Positions 46,628-55,671 of a stretch of 64,000 nucleotides of DNA are shown here, one piece after another. The notes beneath the pieces were generated by a model. The model saw only the letters and a list, made by a program, of their open reading frames with translations, had not been told where the DNA came from and searched no databases. How positions within the stretch are numbered: the first letter of the stretch is position 1; each line of letters starts with the position of its first letter. A program made the position numbers and the translations under genes. This DNA is from Bacillales bacterium (lineage in GTDB: Bacteria > Bacillota_I > Bacilli_A > RFN20 > CAG-826): NCBI GenBank assembly GCA_016290145.1, contig JAEESX010000001.1:2900-66899 (forward strand), given 5' to 3'.

Positions 46628-48994
46628 TTATTTAACTAATTTCTTTTTTCTTAAGAAATAGAATGCTAATCCTGCACCTGCAACGAGAACTGTAACAGAA
46701 ACTAATGCGATGTATAAAGCATTGTTGTTTGTGATGCTCATTCTCATGCTGTTTTGTGCTTGATATGTTTGGCCCCAAATGAAGTCATTACAAACAGCTG
46801 TTCCATATTTATGGACAATGTATGAATATTTAGCGATGACTTTTTCTAAGTCAGAGCCATTTTCATTACCACCATCAATTGTGATGGCTTCAACTTCTGC
46901 TTTTTCAGTACCACTTAATGAGGCATAAGCAGCAGCTTGGTCTGCCCAAACAGCTTGTAATTGTTGAATTGTCTTTGTGCCTGCAACGACTTCGTTACAT
47001 ACACCACCAACTTCACTTAAGAACTTGGTATTGAATGCTGCTAAACCTTCGTTTAAATAAACGACTGGTTGATAGTTAACAAGCTTCACATAAACTGCGA
47101 ATGTACCGCCTTTACTGAAGTCAAGGTTATTGCCATTCTTGCTAGCGAATGAATAACTTGCACCTAAGGTGAAGTCTAACCAATTGATGTCGCCTTCTGC
47201 GGTTAATTCTAATGGTCTGCATTGAACTGCTTCTTGAACATTTGGAATTGTAACTGCGCCTTCTAAGAAGTTAGCAGGATCGTTGCATTCAGTTGTTAAT
47301 CTAACACCACCGGCTGGGTTCCAAGCACCAACGTTACCACCTGTGAAATCGGCATCACCGACCACGTAGTAACCGGTTCTCATATATCTAAGATATAATT
47401 GACCAGCAGCGCTAAATGTTGTTGGTACATATTCTGTGGAACAACTTGCATCTGTGAAGACACCGTATGCAACATAACCACTAATGGTTTCAAATGATGG
47501 ATTGAAGTTGCTGCCATCATATGCCATTTGAGAAGAAAGATTTCTTGTTTCGACTAAGTTTCTTCCTTCATATAACTTAGCTGTTAAGCTAATTTCGTAT
47601 GTATCAACATGTTCAGCAACATAGAACATGAAGTCATCACCGATATATTTGGCATAGACATCATAGTATCCAGCTTTTGTGGCTTCAAAGTTATCGCCAG
47701 TTTTCTTACCCCAACCGTTTGTTTCATCAGCATAACCATTATCACCTAAGGTTGCCCATTGATCAGCGGCTTGACCATTTGGTCTATCGGTAAAGAAACT
47801 ACGAACTCTTAATTGATCACCAACTGCGAGAAGGAAGTTCATTTCATAAGCAACGTTTTCGCCTGTTGTGCTTGTCATTTGTTCAGCTTGTGAGTATCTC
47901 CATGCTGGAACGCTGGAGAAGTTACCACAAATGTAGTAGCCTTCTTCTGCTGGTTCATCAATGGATGATTCCCAAATGGCTTCGACTTTGCCATCGGCTT
48001 CAGAATCAAGGATTCTTAAGACATCGTTATTAACGGCATCCGCCATATTAATGTTAACTGTTTGTTTGAATCCTTCTGCATCCTTATTGCTTCCGTTTGA
48101 AATAATAATTTTGGCATCGGATGGGACATCAAGACCTTGTGCCCAAATTGGGAATGATGTTCCTGGGAAAGCGCCGTTATTTTTGCCATTATCTTCCCAA
48201 GCATATAAATATAAGGCTTGTTGAGATGAGAAGTTTGTATTTCTTGAAGAATCCACTGCAAATCTTAAAGTGGAAACAGCACTAATACGTCCATAAACAG
48301 TCATATCACTTGTAACAGCTGTAACTTCGTTACCTTCTGTGTATTGTGGATCACTATACCATCCAGTGAAGTTGTAACCGAATGAATAAGATGGCGCTGG
48401 AATTGAATTACCATCAACGACTTCTATATCATCTTCAACAGTTTCAACACCTAAATTATCTAAAACTGTATGGACTGAATGTTTGTTTGTGGCGTCATAG
48501 TATTCCCAGTGTCCTGTATAGTTACCATCGTTATAATCAGTACCATTAGCCTCTAAGACCCATTTGTTATGGACAGTATAATCTGATGGTAAGGTAATTG
48601 GTGTACCACCATCTTTAGATGATCTGTTCCAAACTGAATGATCGGATGGATCGCAACGTGTAAAGATTGCACTTGTATGATCATCATTGAGATTAACTGA
48701 ATAGAGGTTTGTTGTACCACTGACTAAAGTCATTTGTGCACCTGGCCACTCTGATCCAGCTGTACCGCCCCAGAAGTGAACGCGGACTTCAGCACCATCA
48801 CCATTCCACCATGAAATACCACTAGCGATTTCCATGTAGAGAGTAACTTCGTTGGCCGCCTTAACTTCATTCAAATCTTTGTTCATGCCAAGAACACCAG
48901 TTAAAGCAACACTGGCACCCATGGCTAAAACAAGACCGGTCGCTAAGAAAACACGATTTGCTTTCATAGATATTCTCCTATCTGTGTGTTTCAA
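46628..48994 (-). CDS. Large surface protein: signal peptide, multiple beta-sandwich or CBM-like domains, a Flg_new repeat, and a C-terminal TM anchor with KKK tail
   Basis: 788 aa. Signal peptide ends about VALTGVLG. FGYNFTGWYSDPQYTEG fits Flg_new. The C-terminus ALYIALVSVTVLVAGAGLAFYFLRKKKLVK has no LPXTG. Confidence 0.45.
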   Translation of the reverse strand: MKHTDRRISMKANRVFLATGLVLAMGASVALTGVLGMNKDLNEVKAANEVTLYMEIASGISWWNGDGAEVRVHFWGGTAGSEWPGAQMTLVSGTTNLYSVNLNDDHTSAIFTRCDPSDHSVWNRSSKDGGTPITLPSDYTVHNKWVLEANGTDYNDGNYTGHWEYYDATNKHSVHTVLDNLGVETVEDDIEVVDGNSIPAPSYSFGYNFTGWYSDPQYTEGNEVTAVTSDMTVYGRISAVSTLRFAVDSSRNTNFSSQQALYLYAWEDNGKNNGAFPGTSFPIWAQGLDVPSDAKIIISNGSNKDAEGFKQTVNINMADAVNNDVLRILDSEADGKVEAIWESSIDEPAEEGYYICGNFSSVPAWRYSQAEQMTSTTGENVAYEMNFLLAVGDQLRVRSFFTDRPNGQAADQWATLGDNGYADETNGWGKKTGDNFEATKAGYYDVYAKYIGDDFMFYVAEHVDTYEISLTAKLYEGRNLVETRNLSSQMAYDGSNFNPSFETISGYVAYGVFTDASCSTEYVPTTFSAAGQLYLRYMRTGYYVVGDADFTGGNVGAWNPAGGVRLTTECNDPANFLEGAVTIPNVQEAVQCRPLELTAEGDINWLDFTLGASYSFASKNGNNLDFSKGGTFAVYVKLVNYQPVVYLNEGLAAFNTKFLSEVGGVCNEVVAGTKTIQQLQAVWADQAAAYASLSGTEKAEVEAITIDGGNENGSDLEKVIAKYSYIVHKYGTAVCNDFIWGQTYQAQNSMRMSITNNNALYIALVSVTVLVAGAGLAFYFLRKKKLVK

Positions 48995-49084
48995 TACGAA
49001 TACACACGTTTACATATACATATATTATACGCAACATAATTTAAAAATGATAATAATATATCCTCTTCTTTTTCATTTTTTTGA

Positions 49085-49129
49085 CAAGAAAAAAGTGGCA
49101 GTTTTGTTCGACTGCCACTTACTTTTTTG
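49085..49129 (-). terminator. Rho-independent terminator downstream of the GH13 lipoprotein gene
   Basis: Stem AAGTGGCAG(49092-49100)/CTGCCACTT(49112-49120) with T-runs on both sides, so it may be bidirectional. Confidence 0.45.
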
Positions 49130-49133
49130 TAAA

Positions 49134-51875
49134 TTAGTTTTTAACTACAATTGCGGAATAAGCAGGAATGCTATTTAATGTCGCACCATTATAGGCTGCT
49201 AACACGGTACCTGAGTTGAATCCGTTTGTTGTGGAGTTATAACCATGACTATCAAAGTTGATGATAACTTTAATAGTTGTGCCATTATACTTACGTTCGA
49301 ATTGTAAGACGTTAGCGCATGTCTCACCATTGCAGTAATACTTGTATTCGATAGAACCAAGGATTAAGGCTTGGCTAACTGCATCGCCTCTGGTCTTTAA
49401 GTTGATGAATGTTTTCATTAAATCAAATTGGCTACCAGTTTGATTCATTTGGGTATTTGCAGGAATGACTTTATCAGAAGCATTAACGCTATCCCATTGA
49501 ACCTTCATCTTAGAACCAGTTACATAGTAATCGGTCATGAAGTCACCGGTTTGGTCAGCAGTCCACTTCATTGGTTGACGATACCATAAGTCAGCATAAT
49601 CGCTATTGGCATCTGTACCATTTGGGAAGTTACCGGTCATACCGATTTCATCACCGTAATAGACCCAGGTTAAACCTGGCATCATGAGTTCGGCGAATTT
49701 AACTAAGTTAGCACTTGTTTCGTAGCTATCGTAGTTGCTTGTGCTGATTGTGCCTTGCTTATCTAAGCCTGTAGCGTTACCACTACCAGCAACACGGTTA
49801 ATAACACGAGCGATATCGTGGTTAGATGTGAATAAGCCTGGTAAGGAGACATCACCACGGTAGGCGTTATATGTGCTATAAGCACCACCGAAGTTCCATT
49901 GTTTGCCTTTGGCAAGTGATAATGCTGAGTCGGAATTAAGGACATCAGTTCCCATTGCTGGGTTATAGACGCTTGTATTAGTGAAGAATCCACTTGCTGT
50001 ACCATAGCCAGAAGTTGTACCAGTTCTACCTGTTGCGGCAGCGCTTGTTAAGTTGAAGTATGAATAGAAGTCAAACATACTATCGAATGCTTCATAATAT
50101 GGTGCTACTTGATAAGCATGACCATCGAAGTTTTCACCAACGAAGAAGACATCTTTTCCAGCTTTTTGTGTAACGGAAGCTTTTAATTCTCTGAAGAAAT
50201 GTAAGTTCTTTGTTAAGTTAGATGAATAATCACCAGAAGCGGACACGTCTTTAATAATTGTGTCACCACTACGTGTGGTTGTTTCATCCGCCATATAAAT
50301 GTGTTTAACAGCGTCTAATCTGAAGCCATCAACACCGATTTCTTTGACCCACCATGCAGACATGTCTTCGACAGCTTCACGTGTGGTCTTATATGAGTAG
50401 TTAAGTTCAGGCATGCCAGAACCAAACTTCGCATAGAATGAATATGGGTGATCGCCATAGGCATACCATGATTTAGATTCTTTAATTGCGCTAGATTGTG
50501 TATTGTGGTTGCCCCATTGATAGTAACCACGATAAGCAGGATCTAAGTTACCTGATTTTACGAACCACTTATTAGAGGTGGATGTATGGTTAAGGACTAA
50601 GTCCATAACCACTTTCATACCTTTAGCGTGTGCTCTAGAGATAAGTTCGCGGTAGTCCGCTAATGCGGTTGCGGAGGTAACATTACCACCGTTTGCAACA
50701 CCTGCTGTAGATGCTGCAGAACCGAATTTTGGATCAACCATTTCATAGTCAGTAATATCGTAACCATGATATGAATCAGATAATTGAATTGGTGTTAACC
50801 ATAAGGCCTTAACACCTAATGCATCTAAGTAATCGAGTTTTTGTGTAATGCCATAGATATCACCAAATCCGTCGCCATCACTATCAGCAAAGCTGCTGAC
50901 CATGATTTGATAACCAACACCAACACCCTTGAAGTCTGCAGCGGTTGCAGTCTTAGCTGGTGTGTTGCTCCAGTTAACGGTTTCATATGAGGAGTTACCA
51001 TAGGTAACATTTGTGCCATCATCGTTTTCGAATGGGTCACTATTATTTGTACTTGGTGCCTTTTGTGGATCTTGAACGTTATCTTGCACAACGAAAATGT
51101 GATAAGCAGTTCCACCACCATTTAACGCCATTGCGTAGTCTTCTAAAGTGACATATAAGTTAGAACCATCATTGACCCAGAATCCACTTGCGGATTGTCT
51201 GGTTTCACTTCTAACAATTTGTAAACCAATTTGTGTGGCACCGGCATAGTTAACAGGTGTACCACCCATTACTTTTGTCGCGGCGTTCCAGCCACCATCG
51301 TATGTATGGGTTAAATCGATATCAACATAAGCACCACCAAAGGTGTCGACATTAGAATTCCAGTTGTGTTTTGCACCTTCACCGGCATCTGGTTTATAAG
51401 CCCATGCCCAAACATCCCATGCGGAATAATCACCGTTGAAACGGTAATAATGGTAATAAAGGTGATTTGCTACACTGCTTTCTTTTAAGCCATTCATATA
51501 GGCTTGAACTTCAGCATCTGTGTGATCTGGAACTACGTTATATGCAGCGTAATAAACTTGGTTAGATTCACCAACTTGAACTTTTTCGCCTTGGACAATC
51601 TTATCAAGCTTGCCCATTTGTTTTGAGGCATCGTATTCAGTGGACCAACCAGCAAAGATTTTACCACCGAAGCTTTTGCCTTCAGGAACTTTGATTTGTT
51701 TGCCGGTTTCGCCACTCTTTCTGACTATGTCAGAAGCATTACCATTACAGTAATTGAATGTGATGGTATATTGTGCAGTCGCAACAATAGCGTTTCCGCC
51801 ATTATTGTTATGACATGCGGGCAAGAATCCAGCGATTAATGCAATTGTAATAATTGGAACAAATTTCTTTTTCAT
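49134..51875 (-). CDS. GH13 alpha-amylase-family lipoprotein with an N-terminal Flg_new repeat
   Basis: 913 aa with lipobox LPAC. GH13 regions DLVLNHTS, GVDGFRLDAVKH, FFVGENFDGHAY and FTSNHD. N-terminal TITFNYCNG...FAGWSTEYD fits Flg_new. Confidence 0.8.
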   Translation of the reverse strand: MKKKFVPIITIALIAGFLPACHNNNGGNAIVATAQYTITFNYCNGNASDIVRKSGETGKQIKVPEGKSFGGKIFAGWSTEYDASKQMGKLDKIVQGEKVQVGESNQVYYAAYNVVPDHTDAEVQAYMNGLKESSVANHLYYHYYRFNGDYSAWDVWAWAYKPDAGEGAKHNWNSNVDTFGGAYVDIDLTHTYDGGWNAATKVMGGTPVNYAGATQIGLQIVRSETRQSASGFWVNDGSNLYVTLEDYAMALNGGGTAYHIFVVQDNVQDPQKAPSTNNSDPFENDDGTNVTYGNSSYETVNWSNTPAKTATAADFKGVGVGYQIMVSSFADSDGDGFGDIYGITQKLDYLDALGVKALWLTPIQLSDSYHGYDITDYEMVDPKFGSAASTAGVANGGNVTSATALADYRELISRAHAKGMKVVMDLVLNHTSTSNKWFVKSGNLDPAYRGYYQWGNHNTQSSAIKESKSWYAYGDHPYSFYAKFGSGMPELNYSYKTTREAVEDMSAWWVKEIGVDGFRLDAVKHIYMADETTTRSGDTIIKDVSASGDYSSNLTKNLHFFRELKASVTQKAGKDVFFVGENFDGHAYQVAPYYEAFDSMFDFYSYFNLTSAAATGRTGTTSGYGTASGFFTNTSVYNPAMGTDVLNSDSALSLAKGKQWNFGGAYSTYNAYRGDVSLPGLFTSNHDIARVINRVAGSGNATGLDKQGTISTSNYDSYETSANLVKFAELMMPGLTWVYYGDEIGMTGNFPNGTDANSDYADLWYRQPMKWTADQTGDFMTDYYVTGSKMKVQWDSVNASDKVIPANTQMNQTGSQFDLMKTFINLKTRGDAVSQALILGSIEYKYYCNGETCANVLQFERKYNGTTIKVIINFDSHGYNSTTNGFNSGTVLAAYNGATLNSIPAYSAIVVKN

Positions 51876-51900
51876 AATTTCTACCCCCTATTACTTGCAA

Positions 51901-53271
51901 TTAACCGTTATATGCATACCATGTAGAACACACATAAGAATATGTTCCAGATGTGCATGCAATATCATCGGTCTTATTGTAAATACGACCAGCATTATTT
52001 CCGGATTTAATACTCCAGTCAGGTTGTGTGGTTCCGCCAACACATCTTGCAAGCAAGAAGCCGTTTAATTCGTCATCAACTTCGAATGTTAAAGCAGAAC
52101 CGCTATTGATGAATGTCGCTTCGTGCCAACTACCGCCATCGGAATTACCCCATGCCCAAACAAAGATGACACATCCGTCGTTTGTAATCCAATTAGGTAA
52201 TCCTGTACATGTGTAAGTTACGGATTGTGATTGACCTTTTTCATAACCGGTAATCCAGAATGAATAACCATCATTCCAAACCTTTAACCAAACATCAACA
52301 TTAGTTGCGTCGTTATGAATTGTGTAACCAGCAGCCCAGCTACCATTAATATTATTTTTGTTTTGTGCGTCTTCGGCATCAGAGCCGGGTCTAATGACCT
52401 CACTACCGTTATAGAAGGTAATTGCAGCACCTGCTGTAACAGAAGCCACTGTGCCTTTATACTTAGCCACTAGGTTAGATGGGTCGCTTGACTCATTATC
52501 TTGTTTTTCAAACGAAACAGTTGTTGAACCAATTGTGGCTGAATAGGCAGTAGGTGTTGGTGGGACTACTCCACCTTGGTAGCCTGTAATCCAGAAGGAA
52601 TAGCCATCTTGCCATTCTTTGAAATAGACATCGACGTTTGTGGCGTCATTATGAATGGTGTAACCATTATCGTAGTCACCACTGATGTTGTTTTTATTTG
52701 TATCATCTTCTGCATCAGAACCAGGTTTTACTGTTTCAGATTGTTTGTTTCTAAATGAGATTGCTTGTCCTGCTGTAACAGAAGAAATAGAAGCATGATA
52801 TTTTGCCACTAAGTTTTCTGGATCTCCAGAATCTTTATTAACTGATTCTAAACCAGTTTCCACACCACCTATATTTATATAGTAGTTATAGGTTGTTGGT
52901 TGAGGTGGATCTGGTGGGATTGGTGTATCTGACTTTTGCCAACCCGCATAAAGAGTCCAGTCTGCAGTAATTGCAATACTAAAGTCAAAAGGTGTAACCG
53001 CTGAAGAATCTTCATACCAATTAACAAATGAATACCCCTCTTTTGTTGGATTGGTAGGTTTGACTGCTTTTTCACCATCTTTAACTGTTTGTGATGGAAC
53101 AGCAGTTCCACCCTTGGAGTCAAAGGTAATAGTCCAAGTAGTCCCTTCAGGATTTTTATGAGTTTCGTTGCATGCCGTTACTGTTAAAGCAAAGCAAAAA
53201 GCAGCGGAACAAAGGATTGCTAAAGAATTCCTAAGTTTCATAAGATTTTCCCCCGAAAATTTATAACACAA
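51901..53271 (-). CDS. Lipoprotein with a Flg_new repeat and two tandem approximately 105-aa beta-sandwich repeats (putative glycan-binding; probable start MKLRNS about 53241)
   Basis: Lipobox LTVTAC. Flg_new pattern WTITFDSKGGTAV...EGYSFVNWYED...FDFSIAITADWTLYAGW. Repeats at residues 128-232 and 243-343 share ...YTIHNDATNVDV..K.W.DGYSFWITGY. Trp-rich C-terminal domain. Confidence 0.45.
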   Translation of the reverse strand: MCYKFSGENLMKLRNSLAILCSAAFCFALTVTACNETHKNPEGTTWTITFDSKGGTAVPSQTVKDGEKAVKPTNPTKEGYSFVNWYEDSSAVTPFDFSIAITADWTLYAGWQKSDTPIPPDPPQPTTYNYYINIGGVETGLESVNKDSGDPENLVAKYHASISSVTAGQAISFRNKQSETVKPGSDAEDDTNKNNISGDYDNGYTIHNDATNVDVYFKEWQDGYSFWITGYQGGVVPPTPTAYSATIGSTTVSFEKQDNESSDPSNLVAKYKGTVASVTAGAAITFYNGSEVIRPGSDAEDAQNKNNINGSWAAGYTIHNDATNVDVWLKVWNDGYSFWITGYEKGQSQSVTYTCTGLPNWITNDGCVIFVWAWGNSDGGSWHEATFINSGSALTFEVDDELNGFLLARCVGGTTQPDWSIKSGNNAGRIYNKTDDIACTSGTYSYVCSTWYAYNG

Positions 53272-53338
53272 TTATTATAGGTTTCTTTTTTGTGTATGTG
53301 CAACATATACATAGACACACAAAATGCATTCAATATTA

Positions 53339-53367
53339 TTGAAAGAGTGCACACATATTTATATAAT
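53339..53367 (+). promoter_or_regulatory. Sigma-A-type promoter for ackA
   Basis: TTGAAA(53339-53344), 17-nt spacer, TATAAT(53362-53367). RBS AAAGAGGT at 53378-53385 and ATG at 53394. Confidence 0.5.
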
Positions 53368-53393
53368 ATTAGCGACTAAAAGAGGTATATATC

Positions 53394-54584
53394 ATGGCAA
53401 AAATAATGACAATCAACTCTGGTTCCTCATCCTTAAAATTTAAGTTGTATGAAATGCCAGAAGAAAAAGTTTTAGCTGCTGGTAACTGTGAAAGAATCGG
53501 TTTAGCAGATGGAATTTTCACTATTAAATACGATGGAAAGAAAGACCAAACTTTCCCTGTTTTTAAGAATCACGAAGATGCCGCAAAAACAGTTGTTAAT
53601 GCTTTCATTGAAAAGGGAATTATCAAATCATTTGATGAAATCAAAGCAGCAGGTCACAGAATCGTTCAAGGTGGTAAATACTTCAGCAAATCCGCGATGT
53701 TTGATGAAGATACAGAAGAAAAGATTCGTTCTTTAATCCCACTAGCACCATTACACAATGCTGCACACTTAACATGTTTTAAAGCATTTAAAGAAGTTTT
53801 ACCAAACTGCCCAATGATCGCAGTCTTTGATACAGCCTTCCACCAAACAATGGAAGAAGAAGACTACACATTCGCAATTCCTTATGAATTAACAGAAAAA
53901 TATGACATTAGAAGATACGGTGCTCATGGTACAAGCCATAAATATTTAGCTCAAGAAGCTATGAAATATTTAGAAGGCGTTGAACACCCAAGAATTATTT
54001 CTTGCCACATCGGTTCCGGTGCTTCTATCACCGCGATTAAAGATGGCAAATGCGTTGCCACATCTATGGGCTTAACACCTTTAGGTGGAATCATGATGGG
54101 TACAAGAACTGGCGATATGGATCCAAGTGTCTTCAACTATGTTGTTCAAGTCACAGGTAAATCCGCTGAAGAAGTCTATCAAATGTTCAATAAACAATCC
54201 GGCTTCTTAGGTGTCGGTGGTTCATCTGATTCCCGTGATATTCTCGCTGGTGTCGATAACGGTGATAAGAGATGTATCTTAGCCAATAAGATTTTCAATA
54301 GAAGAATCGCAGACTTTATCGGTCAATACTATGTCCGTTTAGGCGGATGTGACTTAATCGTCTTCTCCGCAGGTATCGGTGAAAACGAACCAAGAACCAG
54401 AAGAGATGTCTGCAGATTAATCGGTGAATCTCTCGGCGTTAAGATTGATGAAGAATTAAACTACACTATTCACGGAAAAGAATGCTTATTATCCACAAAA
54501 GATAGCAAGATTAAAGTTGTCGTCATCCCAACAGATGAAGAAGTTATGATTGCTCGTGACGCTTATACAATGTGTTTAAAATAA
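53394..54584 (+). CDS. ackA: Acetate kinase
   Basis: 396 aa starting MAKIMTINSGSSSLKFKLYEM, with the acetate/propionate kinase signatures. Confidence 0.95.
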   Translation: MAKIMTINSGSSSLKFKLYEMPEEKVLAAGNCERIGLADGIFTIKYDGKKDQTFPVFKNHEDAAKTVVNAFIEKGIIKSFDEIKAAGHRIVQGGKYFSKSAMFDEDTEEKIRSLIPLAPLHNAAHLTCFKAFKEVLPNCPMIAVFDTAFHQTMEEEDYTFAIPYELTEKYDIRRYGAHGTSHKYLAQEAMKYLEGVEHPRIISCHIGSGASITAIKDGKCVATSMGLTPLGGIMMGTRTGDMDPSVFNYVVQVTGKSAEEVYQMFNKQSGFLGVGGSSDSRDILAGVDNGDKRCILANKIFNRRIADFIGQYYVRLGGCDLIVFSAGIGENEPRTRRDVCRLIGESLGVKIDEELNYTIHGKECLLSTKDSKIKVVVIPTDEEVMIARDAYTMCLK

Positions 54585-54599
54585 TCGAAGGAGATTTAT

Positions 54600-55598
54600 A
54601 TGAGTAAAGTTGATCCAATCATCAAAGAATTCTCAGCTCCATTCATGAAAGACATCCGTCGCATGCTCAGAGCCATTAAAAGATATGACCGTATTTGCGT
54701 GTTCCGTCATTTAATGCCTGACTATGATGCATTAGGAAGCCAAATGGGTTTAGTGACCTGGTTAAAGGATAACTTCCCAAATAAAGAAATCCATTATGTT
54801 GGTGATAATCACGTGACATTCACACCAAGATTATTCCCTGAGATGGAAGACTTACCAGAGTCTTGGTTCAAAGAACCATTCTTAGCATTCATCTTAGATG
54901 TCGGTAATGAAAAGAGAATTGCTGATCCAAGATTTAAAAAAGCCAAATTTAAGATTAAAATTGACCACCACCCAGATGTCGAACATTGGGGTAATATCTC
55001 TATGGTTAATACCTCCGCAGCAGCGGCAAGCGAAAACATCGTAAGTGCATTATTAAATCTTAAAGGTAACTATGTGATGTCTAAGGAAGCTGCATCCTAT
55101 TTCTATATCGCTCTTGTCGGTGATTCAGGCAGATTCCAATATAGTTCCACAACCTCACATACATTCGCAATTGCGGGTGAATTAATCAAACGTGGAATTG
55201 AGCTTTCTAAGATCTATCAAAACATGTATCTCAAGAAAGTTGATGACTTAAAAGTAACAGCCTACATTTTAAACCACTTCAACATCTCAGAAAAAGGCGT
55301 GGCTTATTATGTGCTTGATAGCAAAATTCAAAAGGAACTCAACATCACAACTGAACGCGGTAAAGAGAATGTTAACTTATTCTCTAACATCGAAGGTATC
55401 AATGCTTGGTGTTCCATTACACAAGATGACAATCCAAAAGAACCATGCTGGAGAATCAGTATTCGTTCTAAAGAAAAAGCCATCAATGGTGTCGCTACAC
55501 AATTCGGTGGAGGCGGACACGCACAAGCAAGCGGCGCAAAGATTGATACACTCGATCAATTACCAGAATTCATTGCAGCACTTGATGCATTATTCTAA
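54600..55598 (+). CDS. nrnA: DHH/DHHA1 phosphoesterase (NrnA-type oligoribonuclease / pAp phosphatase)
   Basis: 332 aa with N-terminal DHH motifs (HLMPDYDALGS, DHHP) and a C-terminal DHHA1 motif GGGGHAQASG. Confidence 0.8.
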   Translation: MSKVDPIIKEFSAPFMKDIRRMLRAIKRYDRICVFRHLMPDYDALGSQMGLVTWLKDNFPNKEIHYVGDNHVTFTPRLFPEMEDLPESWFKEPFLAFILDVGNEKRIADPRFKKAKFKIKIDHHPDVEHWGNISMVNTSAAAASENIVSALLNLKGNYVMSKEAASYFYIALVGDSGRFQYSSTTSHTFAIAGELIKRGIELSKIYQNMYLKKVDDLKVTAYILNHFNISEKGVAYYVLDSKIQKELNITTERGKENVNLFSNIEGINAWCSITQDDNPKEPCWRISIRSKEKAINGVATQFGGGGHAQASGAKIDTLDQLPEFIAALDALF

Positions 55599-55671
55599 TC
55601 AAATAAGCGAATAAAATGTATCCAAATTGGGTACATTTTTTTCATGTATTCTAATATAATAGATATTAGTT

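Noticed and set aside
55599-55671. Possible promoter upstream of dnaE (TTGGGT ... TATAAT).
   Set aside because: The spacing between the best -35 and -10 candidates is about 22 nt, which is too long. No convincing alternative was found, so no promoter is called.
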